38,822 bases of DNA from Candidatus Levyibacteriota bacterium (GCA_016182425.1 JACPGP010000024.1:1-38822), one strand, 5' to 3'. Positions 9,173-18,813 are shown, numbered from the stretch's first letter. Notes: generated by a model not told the origin, from the letters alone. Numbers and translations are program-made.

Positions 9173-10818
9173 TGGGAAATAACGAGAATCACGACTGGCA
9201 ATATTGGCTGATTAATTGGGGGCTGTTAACTACTCTGGGTATTTTATTGGTAGCTTTTATTCGATTGTCGGTGATTCGAGGTGGGTTTTATCGGGGTTTG
9301 GCTTTTGAAAACAAGATCGTGGAAACGATACTTCCAGCAGGTCGAGGGGACATAAAGGATCGTAAGGGAAGACTGATTGGTAAGAGTGTCTATCAGTTTT
9401 TTGAGACTGAAAATGGTGAAAAAAAGTTTATTAATAGTGGGGAATATGATGGAGCTAAGTTTGAGGGGAAAGATAGGCTGTGGGAGATAAAACGTCAATA
9501 CAGTTATAAGGAGAGTATGGGTCTAATCACAGGATATGTAGGATTGGCTGACGAAGCTGAGGTGAAGGTTGATCGGTGTGGTGGGTTGAGACTGGGGTCA
9601 GAAGATGTCATTGGTAGAGGTGGAGTGGAAGAATTTCTAGATTGCGATTTGCGGGGAGTAGCAGGACGAAGGTTGGTAGAGGTTGATGCTAAAGGAAAGT
9701 ATGTGCGCGAGTTGGGGCGAGAGGAACCGACTGTTGGTAAGACAGTAGAATTGAGTATTGATGCTTATTGGCAGGATAAAATATATCAAATTTTAAAAGG
9801 ACGAAAAGCAACCGTGATTATCAGTGAGCCTCAGACTGGGAAAATATTAAGCTTGGTGTCATCTCCCTCGATTGATGCTAACGCATTTTCGTATTTGGTG
9901 GACAATAAGTTGATCAAGTTGTATCTAGAAGACACTCAAAACTTGCCACTGTTAAATCGGTCGATAGCTACACGATATCATCCGGGAAGCGTTTTTAAGT
10001 TAGTGATGGCGACTGCTGGGTTGGAGGAGAAAGCGGTAGAAAAAGATACAACAATAGAAGATACGGGAGTAATTAAGGTAGGTGATTATAGTTTTAATAA
10101 CTGGTTGTGGACAAAGAGGGGGGGTACCGATGGAATGGTTGACATGGTTAAAGCATTGAAACGAAGTAATGACATTTATTTTTACAAATTGGGAGAGTTA
10201 CTCGGTGTTTCAAAAATCCACAAGTGGGCGGATAAGTTTGGATATGGTGAAAAAACTGGGATAGAGCTAGCGGGAGAACTACCGGGTATAAACCCGACAG
10301 ATCAATGGAAAAGAGACACCAAAGGTGATAGGTGGTATTTAGGGGACACATACCACTTGTCGATTGGTCAAGGGTTCTTAGGGGTGACGCCACTTCAGGT
10401 AAATCAAAGTACTAATGTGATAGCGAACAATGGGACAAAGTGTAAAATGAGTATTCTTAAAAATAGTAAAAATGATTGCCAATCTTTGGGGATAAAACGA
10501 GCTACAATTGAAACACTAAGGGAGGGAATGATGGAAGCTTGTCATACGGGTGGGACTGCTTGGCCACTTTTCAATTTTAAGACAAAAATAGCCTGTAAAA
10601 CTGGGACGGCAGAGGTTGGTGATGGAAGTAAAGACACTCACGCTTGGCTAACTGCGTTTGCGCCGGCAGATAATCCCGAGATATCAATAACAGTCATGAT
10701 GGAAAGGGGTGGTGAGGGGTCAGATGTGGCTGCGCCAATTGTCGGGGATATTTTAAAGGAGTGGTTTAATGAACCAAATACAACCGTTCCAAGACCGTCG
10801 GTGTCACCTACTAATTGA
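9172..10818 (+). CDS. mrdA: Class B penicillin-binding protein (PBP2/MrdA-like)
   Basis: SxxK (GSVFK), SxD (SND) and KTG motifs; N-terminal TM helix; translationally coupled to mreB. Confidence 0.85.
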   Translation: MGNNENHDWQYWLINWGLLTTLGILLVAFIRLSVIRGGFYRGLAFENKIVETILPAGRGDIKDRKGRLIGKSVYQFFETENGEKKFINSGEYDGAKFEGKDRLWEIKRQYSYKESMGLITGYVGLADEAEVKVDRCGGLRLGSEDVIGRGGVEEFLDCDLRGVAGRRLVEVDAKGKYVRELGREEPTVGKTVELSIDAYWQDKIYQILKGRKATVIISEPQTGKILSLVSSPSIDANAFSYLVDNKLIKLYLEDTQNLPLLNRSIATRYHPGSVFKLVMATAGLEEKAVEKDTTIEDTGVIKVGDYSFNNWLWTKRGGTDGMVDMVKALKRSNDIYFYKLGELLGVSKIHKWADKFGYGEKTGIELAGELPGINPTDQWKRDTKGDRWYLGDTYHLSIGQGFLGVTPLQVNQSTNVIANNGTKCKMSILKNSKNDCQSLGIKRATIETLREGMMEACHTGGTAWPLFNFKTKIACKTGTAEVGDGSKDTHAWLTAFAPADNPEISITVMMERGGEGSDVAAPIVGDILKEWFNEPNTTVPRPSVSPTN

Positions 10819-10850
10819 CTGTTGTTGTTGAAGTGATAGGATAGGGACAA

Positions 10851-11162
10851 ATGAAATTTGCGGATAGAATACGAAGGTTTGTTGGTGAGAGAACTGATCT
10901 GGATTCTATGACATTATCTTTTGCTAATGGTGGTGCAATTAGAGTGGTTCAGGTTGAGCCAGCATCGAATACTCCAGTGGTAGTGGGTACTATACCTGCA
11001 GATGGCAATGTTGAAGATGTGAGAGCGAAAGCGTTCGCAATGTTGAGAAATACAAAAATGGGAGCAAGTCGAGGAACTGTGATAATAATCGGTGAGGATG
11101 GTGCCACAAAAATGGAAGTTAGGTTCAAACTTCTACCAGACGGAAGGGTTGAAAAGATATAG
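10851..11162 (+). CDS. Hypothetical protein
   Basis: 103-aa ORF filling the gap; TAGGAT -10-like box just upstream. Confidence 0.65.
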   Translation: MKFADRIRRFVGERTDLDSMTLSFANGGAIRVVQVEPASNTPVVVGTIPADGNVEDVRAKAFAMLRNTKMGASRGTVIIIGEDGATKMEVRFKLLPDGRVEKI

Positions 11163-11206
11163 AGAAAATAATGTCGGCTTGACAGTGGATGATATGATAG
11201 TTGACA

Positions 11207-13234
11207 ATGGCTAGTATGAAAAATCTTTTAATTGTCGAGTCACCGACAAAAGCTAGAACAATTGAGAAATATCTGGGAGCGGATTTTGAAGTATTGGCGA
11301 CTGTGGGACATTTAAGAGATCTGCCAAAAAGTAAAATGGGAGTTGATCTGAAACATGATTTTGAAATTGATTACCAAATAGACGCTGAAAAAAAGAAAGT
11401 AGTTAGTGGACTGATTTTGGCTGCAGCAAAGGCCACCAATATATATCTGGCTACCGACCCTGACCGTGAAGGAGAAGCGATAGCGTTTCATGTGGATTGG
11501 ATACTAAGGAATCCACCTGAAACAAAATCCAAAATTAAAAATTCTAAAGTAAAAAGGGAATTAGTAACTTCAAGAGTAAGTTTTCATGAAATAACAAAAG
11601 AAGCGGTGCAAGAAGCACTGAAACATGCGAAAGGAATTGATATGAATTTGGTCGATGCCCAGCAGGGGAGAAGGGTACTCGATAGGGTTGTGGGTTATTC
11701 TCTGTCACCTGTACTTTGGAAGAAGGTGAGGAGAGGTTTGTCGGCAGGAAGAGTACAAAGCGTAGCTCTCCGATTAATAGTCGAAAGAGAAAAAGAAGTA
11801 GAGCTGTTTAAAAGAGAAAAATATTTTAAAGTTTATACTGATTTGGGATTTAGGACTGACCTGTTTAAGGTAGATGATGAAAGTGCCTATATTTCTGACA
11901 AAATAAAATTATTTGATGGAGAATATTCTTATACTAAATCGATTTTTGACACTAGAGTGGAGGTTGACAAGTTTGTGGCAGAACTGAGTCCTGAATTTGT
12001 GGTGTCGAGTCTAAACGAGAGAGAAACAACTCGTCACCCCCTGCCACCATATACAACCTCGAAACTTCAACAGGCAGGTGGTAGACGATTCGGATGGTCG
12101 GGAAAACAAACTATGACCTTGGCCCAACGGCTGTACGAGAAAGGACTGATTACCTATCACCGGACCGATTCGGTAAATCTGTCGGTTAAGGCAATCGAGG
12201 AGTTTCGAAAATATATCTCAAGTGAATACGGAGAAAAATATGTTGCCGAAAAGGTTAGGGCTTTTAAAAATACTTCCAAAAATGCTCAGGAAGCACATGA
12301 GGCGATTCGTCCGACTAGTGTTTCAAATAAAAATCCAGATGGACTAGATGCTAAGGAATTAAAGTTGTACCAAATCATTTGGAAAAGGGCGGTAGCAACA
12401 CAAGCAGCCAGTGCAAAACTAAAAAATACCACTGCAGTATTTGGCAACGGCAGGGCACAATTTAAGTCAATTGGAGTAAGCATGTTGTTCGATGGATTTT
12501 TGAAAATTGCCGATGAAAAATTTGAAGAAGAAGTATTGCCATTAATGAAAGAAGGCGAGGTGATAAAGAGTAAGAAAATAACCATTGAAGAGAACGAGAC
12601 AAATCCACCACCTCGATACAGTGACGCTTCTTTGGTCCAGTCTTTAGAAAAACAAGGAATCGGACGACCATCAACTTATGCCTCGATTATTTCGACTATT
12701 TTAGCGAGACAGTATGTAGAACGGGATGAAGGAAAATATCATCCGACTGCACTAGGGGTGGCGGTGATTGAGTTTTTGGTTAAGAACTTTCTAAATATTG
12801 TGTCTTTGCCGTTTACCGCTGAGATGGAAGAGGAACTGGATCAAGTGGCGATGGGAAAGGTGAACTGGAAGAAGATGATGAGGAAATTTTGGGACAAATT
12901 TGAGGGTGAGGTGAAAAAAGTTGAAAGTACCGCCGACCGAGTTAAAGTAGCTGTGGAAAAGACAGGGGAGAAATGTCCGGATTGCAAGGATGGGGATCTA
13001 GTCATTCGTTTGGGAAGATTTGGTAAATTTGTATCTTGTGATAGGTTTCCTGATTGTAAATACACAGCTCAATACAAAGAAGCGGCAGGGTTTATGTGCC
13101 CAACTTGTGGCAAAGAGGGAGTGGTACGAAAAACAAAGACTGGTCGAAAATTCTTTGGATGTTCAGACTATCCAAACTGTAAGTGGGCGGGGTGGAAGAA
13201 ACCATTGGAAGAAAAATTAAAAGTAAAAAGTTAA
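11207..13234 (+). CDS. topA: DNA topoisomerase I
   Basis: IVESPTKA, ATDPDREGE, SAGRVQS and LITYHRTD motifs; C-terminal Zn ribbons. Start is ATG 11207 or 11216. Confidence 0.97.
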   Translation: MASMKNLLIVESPTKARTIEKYLGADFEVLATVGHLRDLPKSKMGVDLKHDFEIDYQIDAEKKKVVSGLILAAAKATNIYLATDPDREGEAIAFHVDWILRNPPETKSKIKNSKVKRELVTSRVSFHEITKEAVQEALKHAKGIDMNLVDAQQGRRVLDRVVGYSLSPVLWKKVRRGLSAGRVQSVALRLIVEREKEVELFKREKYFKVYTDLGFRTDLFKVDDESAYISDKIKLFDGEYSYTKSIFDTRVEVDKFVAELSPEFVVSSLNERETTRHPLPPYTTSKLQQAGGRRFGWSGKQTMTLAQRLYEKGLITYHRTDSVNLSVKAIEEFRKYISSEYGEKYVAEKVRAFKNTSKNAQEAHEAIRPTSVSNKNPDGLDAKELKLYQIIWKRAVATQAASAKLKNTTAVFGNGRAQFKSIGVSMLFDGFLKIADEKFEEEVLPLMKEGEVIKSKKITIEENETNPPPRYSDASLVQSLEKQGIGRPSTYASIISTILARQYVERDEGKYHPTALGVAVIEFLVKNFLNIVSLPFTAEMEEELDQVAMGKVNWKKMMRKFWDKFEGEVKKVESTADRVKVAVEKTGEKCPDCKDGDLVIRLGRFGKFVSCDRFPDCKYTAQYKEAAGFMCPTCGKEGVVRKTKTGRKFFGCSDYPNCKWAGWKKPLEEKLKVKS

Positions 13235-13253
13235 AAATTAAAACTAAAAAAGC

Positions 13254-13490
13254 TTAAGGGCGGGGAGGGTGGGAATTGTAAGCTGACTTTGGTTTTCGGG
13301 GGCGAAGGGTTGATGCCGGAGTGATGGTGGCAGATTCTATGTCTGGTGGCTTTTCGCGGAGTAGATTGAGGTTATCCTGGATTAGTTGGAGCCTTTGCTG
13401 TTCGCGCTGTTGTGGAGTTAATACTTCAACTTTAATAGTTGATGGTTGACCTTTTAGTTGGTCTTTCAGGTGTCGGGTAGAGTGTGACAT
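13254..13490 (-). CDS. Small hypothetical protein
   Basis: 78-aa ORF, last of three tightly spaced minus-strand ORFs. Confidence 0.55.
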   Translation of the reverse strand: MSHSTRHLKDQLKGQPSTIKVEVLTPQQREQQRLQLIQDNLNLLREKPPDIESATITPASTLRPRKPKSAYNSHPPRP

Positions 13491-13494
13491 GGGA

Positions 13495-13626
13495 CTATTT
13501 GGTACGAGATTGTGGTAGTGAGTTTAGTTCGCCTCCCGTGGCTAATTGGTATTGTTTACCTAGATCAACCCGGGTGACTGCTCCGGTAACGGGGGAGGTA
13601 ATTTCTTTATAAAATGATTTTGTCAT
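13495..13626 (-). CDS. 43-aa hypothetical peptide (not in track)
   Basis: MTKSFYKEITSPVTGAVTRVDLGKQYQLATGGELNSLPQSRTK*; stop lies 4 nt before the next ATG. Confidence 0.5.
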   Translation of the reverse strand: MTKSFYKEITSPVTGAVTRVDLGKQYQLATGGELNSLPQSRTK

Positions 13627-13640
13627 AGTTATAAACTAAG

Positions 13641-13793
13641 TTATAAGTTGTTTAGATTTGATCTTTTGCTCTGGTAAGTTTGAGCAATAGCTGTCCGTAA
13701 TTCAATCGGAGTATTAGGGGAGGTAGCTGCAGCATAGATACGCTGGTTTAGGCTTAAAGTATTAAGTTCAGGAAATCCAATTAGTTCGGACAT
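13641..13793 (-). CDS. 50-aa hypothetical peptide (not in track)
   Basis: MSELIGFPELNTLSLNQRIYAAATSPNTPIELRTAIAQTYQSKRSNLNNL*; upstream TTGACA...TATATT promoter on the minus strand (~13820-13849). Confidence 0.5.
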   Translation of the reverse strand: MSELIGFPELNTLSLNQRIYAAATSPNTPIELRTAIAQTYQSKRSNLNNL

Positions 13794-13874
13794 AAAAAAT
13801 ATTTAATTAGTAATAATTAAATATAGGATAGCTTATAATGTATTGTCAAGGGGTAAATGTAAGACAATTACTAA

Positions 13875-16124
13875 TTATTTACGTTTACCCCATCGTTCCT
13901 GGGAAATCCTGATCAATTTGTCACGCTGTTGGTTTTTGCAATCAAGTGGAGGTAGGGAGGTGGCATAGAAGGGCTGAGTGGTCTCGGAATCAATACTTAG
14001 TTTGCAGATCATTTGGTATTTACCGATTTTGACAAGGTCATCGGCGGGGAATTTGGCGCCAAATTCTTTCTGAAGAATGTAAGCATCTTGGTTACCAACT
14101 ACAAAAGAAAGAATGGAACCGACGTTGCCAAAGATGGCGTCCTGTATTGTTCGGTCAAGCTGACTCATGTATTGGTTGGCGACGATAAGATTCAGTTTAA
14201 ACTTGCGTGCCTCAGAGAGAATTTTAATGAAGGCTTCGGTGGCAAAGTTTTGAAACTCATCGACGTAGAGATAAAAGTCAGCCCGATCGGATTGGGCTTG
14301 AAATACTCGATTCATGGCTGATAACTGGATTTTGGTAATCAACATGGCGCCAAGAAGGGCGGAGTTGTCTTCGCCTAATTTTCCAGTGGAAAGATCAGCA
14401 ATAAGAATTTTTTTCTGATCCATGATTTCTTGAATATTGATCTTTGAAACTGGATGAGCAATGGTGTTACGGATATTAGTAGAGGCGATAAATTGCCCAA
14501 CTTTGTTCAAGATAGGAGCGATGGCTTCATTTTGAAATTTGTCATCCATACGATCGTATTCATTAAGCCAGAAGTTTTTGAGAGTTTGATTCTGGAGACC
14601 GGCGACGACTTTTTGACGATAGGCCTTGTGAGTTAGAATCTCAACTATGTGGGTCATATCACTGCCGGGAGTATTGACCAGGGTTAGGACGGCGTTGCGA
14701 AGAATATGTTCAAGGCGCGGCCCCCAAGAGATATTGCCATAAAGTTTTTTGAAAATGGAGATGACCCCAGAAGCGACCAATTCTTTTTGAGAGTCATTTT
14801 GGGCTTCAAGAACGTTTAGCGGATAGACATATTCAGGGTCGGCAGGGTTGAAATAGCAACAATCATTGACCCGGGAGGAGGGGATGTAGTCGAGAATGGT
14901 GCTACACAAATCGCCATGGGGGTCGATAATAGCGATACCACGGCCTTTGCGGATATCATCAATAGCCATGTTGGCGATAAGGGTGGTTTTTCCAGTACCG
15001 GATTTTCCGATGATGTAGGTGTGGCGACGGCGGTCTTCACCTTCTTTGATGCCAAAAATAGAATCTTTGTTGCGGAATTCGGCTTTGGCAAAAAAAGTAG
15101 TTGATTGTTTTTGCTCCTCAGTAGCACCGTCGGCAATGGGGAGGTTTTCGGGTGGGTCGGCATAAAGTTTTTTGCCCCAGGCGATGTTTGGTAGCTTGGT
15201 TAGTTGGTTGGGAAAATGCCAAAGGACAGACATTTCTTCGGTGTTGAGAATTTGAGTATTAATATTTATTTCACGAGCAAGAATAGAGCGGAGGATTTTT
15301 TTCTTGGTAAAAAATCCTGGTGTGATAGAACGAATGAAGTTGCCCCGAGGACTGGTGTAGATACCAAAGGAAGATGAAACTGAGGCGATGAGCCCGGGAT
15401 TATTACTTAAAAGATTAATCTGACTTAAGAGGCCTGGAAATTGAATTTTGGTTTCAAAGACCATTTTATCGGGATGGGCTTGGCGGAAGCCTTTTTCTTT
15501 GTCGACCACGATACCATTTTGAATGATCGAGATAATTGACCCTTGCCAGTTTTTGGGGGCATTGCCAATTAGAATTTGGAAGAGGAAAAAATCAGAGGGG
15601 TTGTTGCTGCGAGAGAGAGGGGCGAGAACGGAACTAAGCGGATCAGTATCCTTGAAATCTTTGGAGGTTTTGAGGGGATAGGAGTAGGGGCGAGCTAAGG
15701 CTAGTTGGGAAAAATGGATATTTTGGCTGGTCAACGAATTTTGGCGATCCTTGCTACCTTCGGGCTCCGCTTTAGCTTGGTCGCGTTCGCTGTGGTTGCT
15801 AAAATTGTTGACTGCGCCATTATTTATAATTTTTGCTAAATAATCCTCTGGTTCTTTGATAACGGCGTAGGGGTACTGGGCGAGAATTTGGGAGCGGAAA
15901 AAATCGGCTGAGTCAGTGGGAGTGGCGATAAGAAAGTGGACTTGAGAATCAAAAAGGGCAATTTCTAGCGAAGCGATGGTGGGCTTTTTTCCGATTAATT
16001 TGTCCCAAAAAGATTGGCGGGTAAATTGGGTAAAGTTGGAAAGTAGAGAGGACATTGACTCGAGAGTGGTCTCATTGTCTTGGGGAAGGCGGATTTCGAT
16101 GAGCTTGAACACGGGGTCGGACAT
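13875..16124 (-). CDS. VirB4/VirD4/HerA-like P-loop ATPase (CPR type)
   Basis: 'DRRRHTYIIGKSGTGKT', 'IDPHGDL', 'YVDEFQNF' and 'LSEARKF...ANQY' motifs. Start MSDPV is preceded by TATAAT. Confidence 0.9.
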   Translation of the reverse strand: MSDPVFKLIEIRLPQDNETTLESMSSLLSNFTQFTRQSFWDKLIGKKPTIASLEIALFDSQVHFLIATPTDSADFFRSQILAQYPYAVIKEPEDYLAKIINNGAVNNFSNHSERDQAKAEPEGSKDRQNSLTSQNIHFSQLALARPYSYPLKTSKDFKDTDPLSSVLAPLSRSNNPSDFFLFQILIGNAPKNWQGSIISIIQNGIVVDKEKGFRQAHPDKMVFETKIQFPGLLSQINLLSNNPGLIASVSSSFGIYTSPRGNFIRSITPGFFTKKKILRSILAREININTQILNTEEMSVLWHFPNQLTKLPNIAWGKKLYADPPENLPIADGATEEQKQSTTFFAKAEFRNKDSIFGIKEGEDRRRHTYIIGKSGTGKTTLIANMAIDDIRKGRGIAIIDPHGDLCSTILDYIPSSRVNDCCYFNPADPEYVYPLNVLEAQNDSQKELVASGVISIFKKLYGNISWGPRLEHILRNAVLTLVNTPGSDMTHIVEILTHKAYRQKVVAGLQNQTLKNFWLNEYDRMDDKFQNEAIAPILNKVGQFIASTNIRNTIAHPVSKINIQEIMDQKKILIADLSTGKLGEDNSALLGAMLITKIQLSAMNRVFQAQSDRADFYLYVDEFQNFATEAFIKILSEARKFKLNLIVANQYMSQLDRTIQDAIFGNVGSILSFVVGNQDAYILQKEFGAKFPADDLVKIGKYQMICKLSIDSETTQPFYATSLPPLDCKNQQRDKLIRISQERWGKRK

Positions 16125-16248
16125 AGAAAGATTATAGAGGAAAAAAACGATAAACGTAATCCGTGACAAGGGGAATGATCATTATAAATCTTTTTGAGAA
16201 TAGATGACAGGGATTTATTTTAATAGTATAGAGATATAGGATGGAGTA

Positions 16249-16728
16249 GTGACTTCAAAAAATTTTTTACATAAGCATGGAAACGAAACCAGGGGACGGG
16301 GAAGAAACAGAACTTGTAGTTTGGCAAGAGGACTGGCTTTGGAAGAGGGAACATTTGATGTAGTTGGTGTTGGTTGGCAAACAACGGCTGATGTGCCGAC
16401 GGCCAGATGTGATAATTGTGGTGAGGAAAAGGCAGATGTTCACCAATACCGGGTGCCAAATGAGACAGGTTATGGGATGAGGTTTTCTAAAACAGTAAGG
16501 CAAAATTTGTGTCCTGAATGTAAAGTGAATTTGAGTTTGAGTGGGACTAGTGTCTTGAGTGTTGATTGTCAGGAGCCTTTGTCTGAGGAATTATTGGCAA
16601 GAGAAGAAGCAGAAAATCGGAAAGCCAAAATGAGAAAAATTGCGGAGGCAAGTGGTCCACCGTCTAGTATATCTACGGCTAGTGAGACAGCTAGATTGAT
16701 ACGAGAAAAATTGAAAAGTAATTTCTAA
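16249..16728 (+). CDS. Hypothetical protein with a CxxC...CxxC zinc ribbon
   Basis: CDNC and CPEC pairs; TAGGAT 6 nt before the GTG start. Confidence 0.65.
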   Translation: MTSKNFLHKHGNETRGRGRNRTCSLARGLALEEGTFDVVGVGWQTTADVPTARCDNCGEEKADVHQYRVPNETGYGMRFSKTVRQNLCPECKVNLSLSGTSVLSVDCQEPLSEELLAREEAENRKAKMRKIAEASGPPSSISTASETARLIREKLKSNF

Positions 16729-16806
16729 GATTTTGTGGGAGAATTTTATGATGTACCCAAGAGTGGTTTGTTGACATGTATGTGACAAATATGTTATAAA
16801 TTTATT

Positions 16807-17028
16807 ATGTTTAGGTTGCCAAACAAGAACAATATTTGTACTGTTTCTGATTTAAGGAAAGATCCTCAAGGGTTAATTAAGAGAGTTGAAAGAGAAGAAG
16901 TTATTTATGTTTATAACAAGTCAAAGATCCAAGTGGCAATGTTGAGTATGGGATTTTTTGACAAAATGATGACCCTGTTGGAGAAAATGAAAGATGATAC
17001 TTTGGAACGATTGCTAAAAGGAAAATAG
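16807..17028 (+). CDS. Phd/YefM-like antitoxin (apparently orphan)
   Basis: 'TVSDLRKDPQGLIKRVEREEVIYVYNKSK..AMLS' Phd fold pattern. Confidence 0.7.
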   Translation: MFRLPNKNNICTVSDLRKDPQGLIKRVEREEVIYVYNKSKIQVAMLSMGFFDKMMTLLEKMKDDTLERLLKGK

Positions 17029-17031
17029 CAC

Positions 17032-17066
17032 TTGACAAATTGTATTACGTTGTAATACAATATAAT
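17032..17066 (+). promoter_or_regulatory. Promoter with palindromic operator for the BrnT/BrnA pair
   Basis: TTGACA ... TACAAT/TATAAT, overlapped by perfect IR TTGTATTAC-GTT-GTAATACAA (17040-17060). Confidence 0.8.
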
Positions 17067-17072
17067 TAATTC

Positions 17073-17348
17073 ATGGTAGTTGATATTGATGAATTAATCT
17101 GGGATCAGGTTAATACAGAACATATTAAAAAACATGAAGTTAATCAGGCTGAGCTATATCAAGCTTGTAGGATTCAATTAAAAGTATTGTTGGTCAAGAA
17201 AAATAGGATATTATTGATCGGCAAGACAAAAACTAATCGATTATTGTCGATTGTTTTGGATTTGGTTGATAACAATAATTATTATGTTGTTTCGGCTAGG
17301 GATAGTAGCCGAAAAGAGAGGAGGCTGGTGAATGAAGAAATTAATTAA
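17073..17348 (+). CDS. BrnT-family toxin
   Basis: 'WD..N.EHI.KH.V', 'IGKT...RLL', 'VVSARD...KERR' motifs. Confidence 0.85.
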   Translation: MVVDIDELIWDQVNTEHIKKHEVNQAELYQACRIQLKVLLVKKNRILLIGKTKTNRLLSIVLDLVDNNNYYVVSARDSSRKERRLVNEEIN

Positions 17349-17607
17349 AAGTAAAATACCAGATTTTAAAAATTATGCAGAAGAAGCAAAGTTTTGGGAT
17401 ACCCATGATTTTACTGATTTTTTGGACGAGGCGAAAGAAATAAAATTAAACTTTAAGGCGAAAGAGCCAAAGGAAGATGCAGTAATTATCAGAATTCGAC
17501 GACCAATGAAGAAAAAGATGCAGGAGTTGGCTGATGAAATGGGACTAAGCTTATCGACGATGATTAGGATGTGGATGATAGAGAAGCTAAAGACGTTGTC
17601 GAAGTAA
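17332..17607 (+). CDS. BrnA/CopG-like RHH antitoxin
   Basis: 'IPDFK...EEAKFWDTHD' plus C-terminal RHH; overlaps the toxin gene. Confidence 0.85.
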   Translation: MKKLIKSKIPDFKNYAEEAKFWDTHDFTDFLDEAKEIKLNFKAKEPKEDAVIIRIRRPMKKKMQELADEMGLSLSTMIRMWMIEKLKTLSK

Positions 17608-17768
17608 CTAGTACTAATTTGGTGTGAGTACCTGCTATGTAGATTTTTTGACGATGTTGTGTTAATCTAACCCCAATTCGAAACAGCAGTCCGCAACCAA
17701 ACCGTTGCGGTATGGAAACAGAAGAATTGAGCCGACTACGTCGGCTAAAGCGGGTGTTGTTTTTAGTT

Positions 17769-17814
17769 ATTTTGGTCATGTACCAAAATGTTCTTTAACA
17801 ACCTGCAATATATC
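17769..17814 (+). promoter_or_regulatory. Unit 1 leader: boxB-like hairpin, boxA-like TGTTCTTTAACAA, left stem arm
   Basis: ATTTTGGT/ACCAAAAT hairpin; motif is one mismatch from E. coli rrn boxA TGCTCTTTAACAA; arm AACCTGCAATATATC at 17800-17814. Confidence 0.7.
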
Positions 17815-18048
17815 AAAGAAAAATCCCAAATTCTAAATCCTAAATTCTAAAAAAATAGGAGGACTTTTGAGTGGAATTTAACTAGCCTATAAAAACATGC
17901 CAGTATTTATGGCCTGATTAAATTTCACTCGAAAGAGGAGCGGAATTTAAAAAATCTAAGAAGAGGTGACTATTGAAGGAAATTTTTGAAAGAAGGCTTT
18001 TGTCCAATGTTGCATCCAAATCATATTTAAGGAAAGGTATACAAAACC

Positions 18049-18399
18049 ATGAAACTTAATGTTTCCCAAGTTGGCGCTTTGACTGTTGCACCTATAATGT
18101 CCTGGATTCCATGCCCAGACAATGCAACTTGTCGCGGCCACAAAATCCACGATGGATCTGCCCGTGGATGGCATTGTAGTAACTCGGACTGTCGGTATGG
18201 CGTGGCGGAAAATAGCCTTGTTTCCATCATGATGCCAACATCAATTACGCATGTGCAGATAGTTTCCGTTGCCCCGGCTTTTGCACCAATGATGATGGCG
18301 GCTCGGAAGTGCCCTGATTGTGGTGCTTCAGTTTACAAAGATCCTCACGGCAAGGGAAAAGCCCTACGCTGTAAAAAGTGTGGCTGGAGGAGTAACTAA
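18049..18399 (+). CDS. Small double zinc-finger/ribbon protein
   Basis: CPDNATCRGH...CSNSDC and CPDC...CKKC; purine-rich SD-like AAGGAAAGG upstream. Confidence 0.7.
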   Translation: MKLNVSQVGALTVAPIMSWIPCPDNATCRGHKIHDGSARGWHCSNSDCRYGVAENSLVSIMMPTSITHVQIVSVAPAFAPMMMAARKCPDCGASVYKDPHGKGKALRCKKCGWRSN

Positions 18400-18400
18400 C

Positions 18401-18613
18401 ATGGCAAAGATAACAGCTGCTCAATTGAAAGTTATCAAAAAGGGTAAGCCCGATCAGTGCCCCGTAGAACCGTGTCCCGAGGACTGTCCTGGACTTAAGT
18501 TGTGTAAGCAGGCACATGCTCCAGAAGAAACCATTGACCTTGCGGCTGTAACTGAAGCTGCGAGAAAGAATTCGCTGGGGTCATTGCAGTTTGATGATTC
18601 GGTGCATGATTAG
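18401..18613 (+). CDS. 70-aa Cys-rich hypothetical protein
   Basis: GGAGGAG SD; ATG 1 nt after the previous stop; CPVEPCPEDCPGLKLC. Confidence 0.65.
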   Translation: MAKITAAQLKVIKKGKPDQCPVEPCPEDCPGLKLCKQAHAPEETIDLAAVTEAARKNSLGSLQFDDSVHD

Positions 18614-18798
18614 TTCCACACCCTGGAGAGATTTGGGCTAGCTTTATTTCGAAAGCTTGAATCCCGCCTTGGAGGTGGATCTGTTGTGAAGATGGGGGCT
18701 GGGGACTTTCCCTAGCCTCCTACCAACAGAGCCGCCTTCGCCGAGCTTCGGCGAGCCACAGCAAAACAAAACAAGATTCCGGTAGTCCGGACCAAAAC

Positions 18799-18813
18799 GA
18801 TATATTGCAGGTT
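18799..18813. repeat. Unit 1 right stem arm
   Basis: GATATATTGCAGGTT is the exact reverse complement of 17800-17814. Confidence 0.9.
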
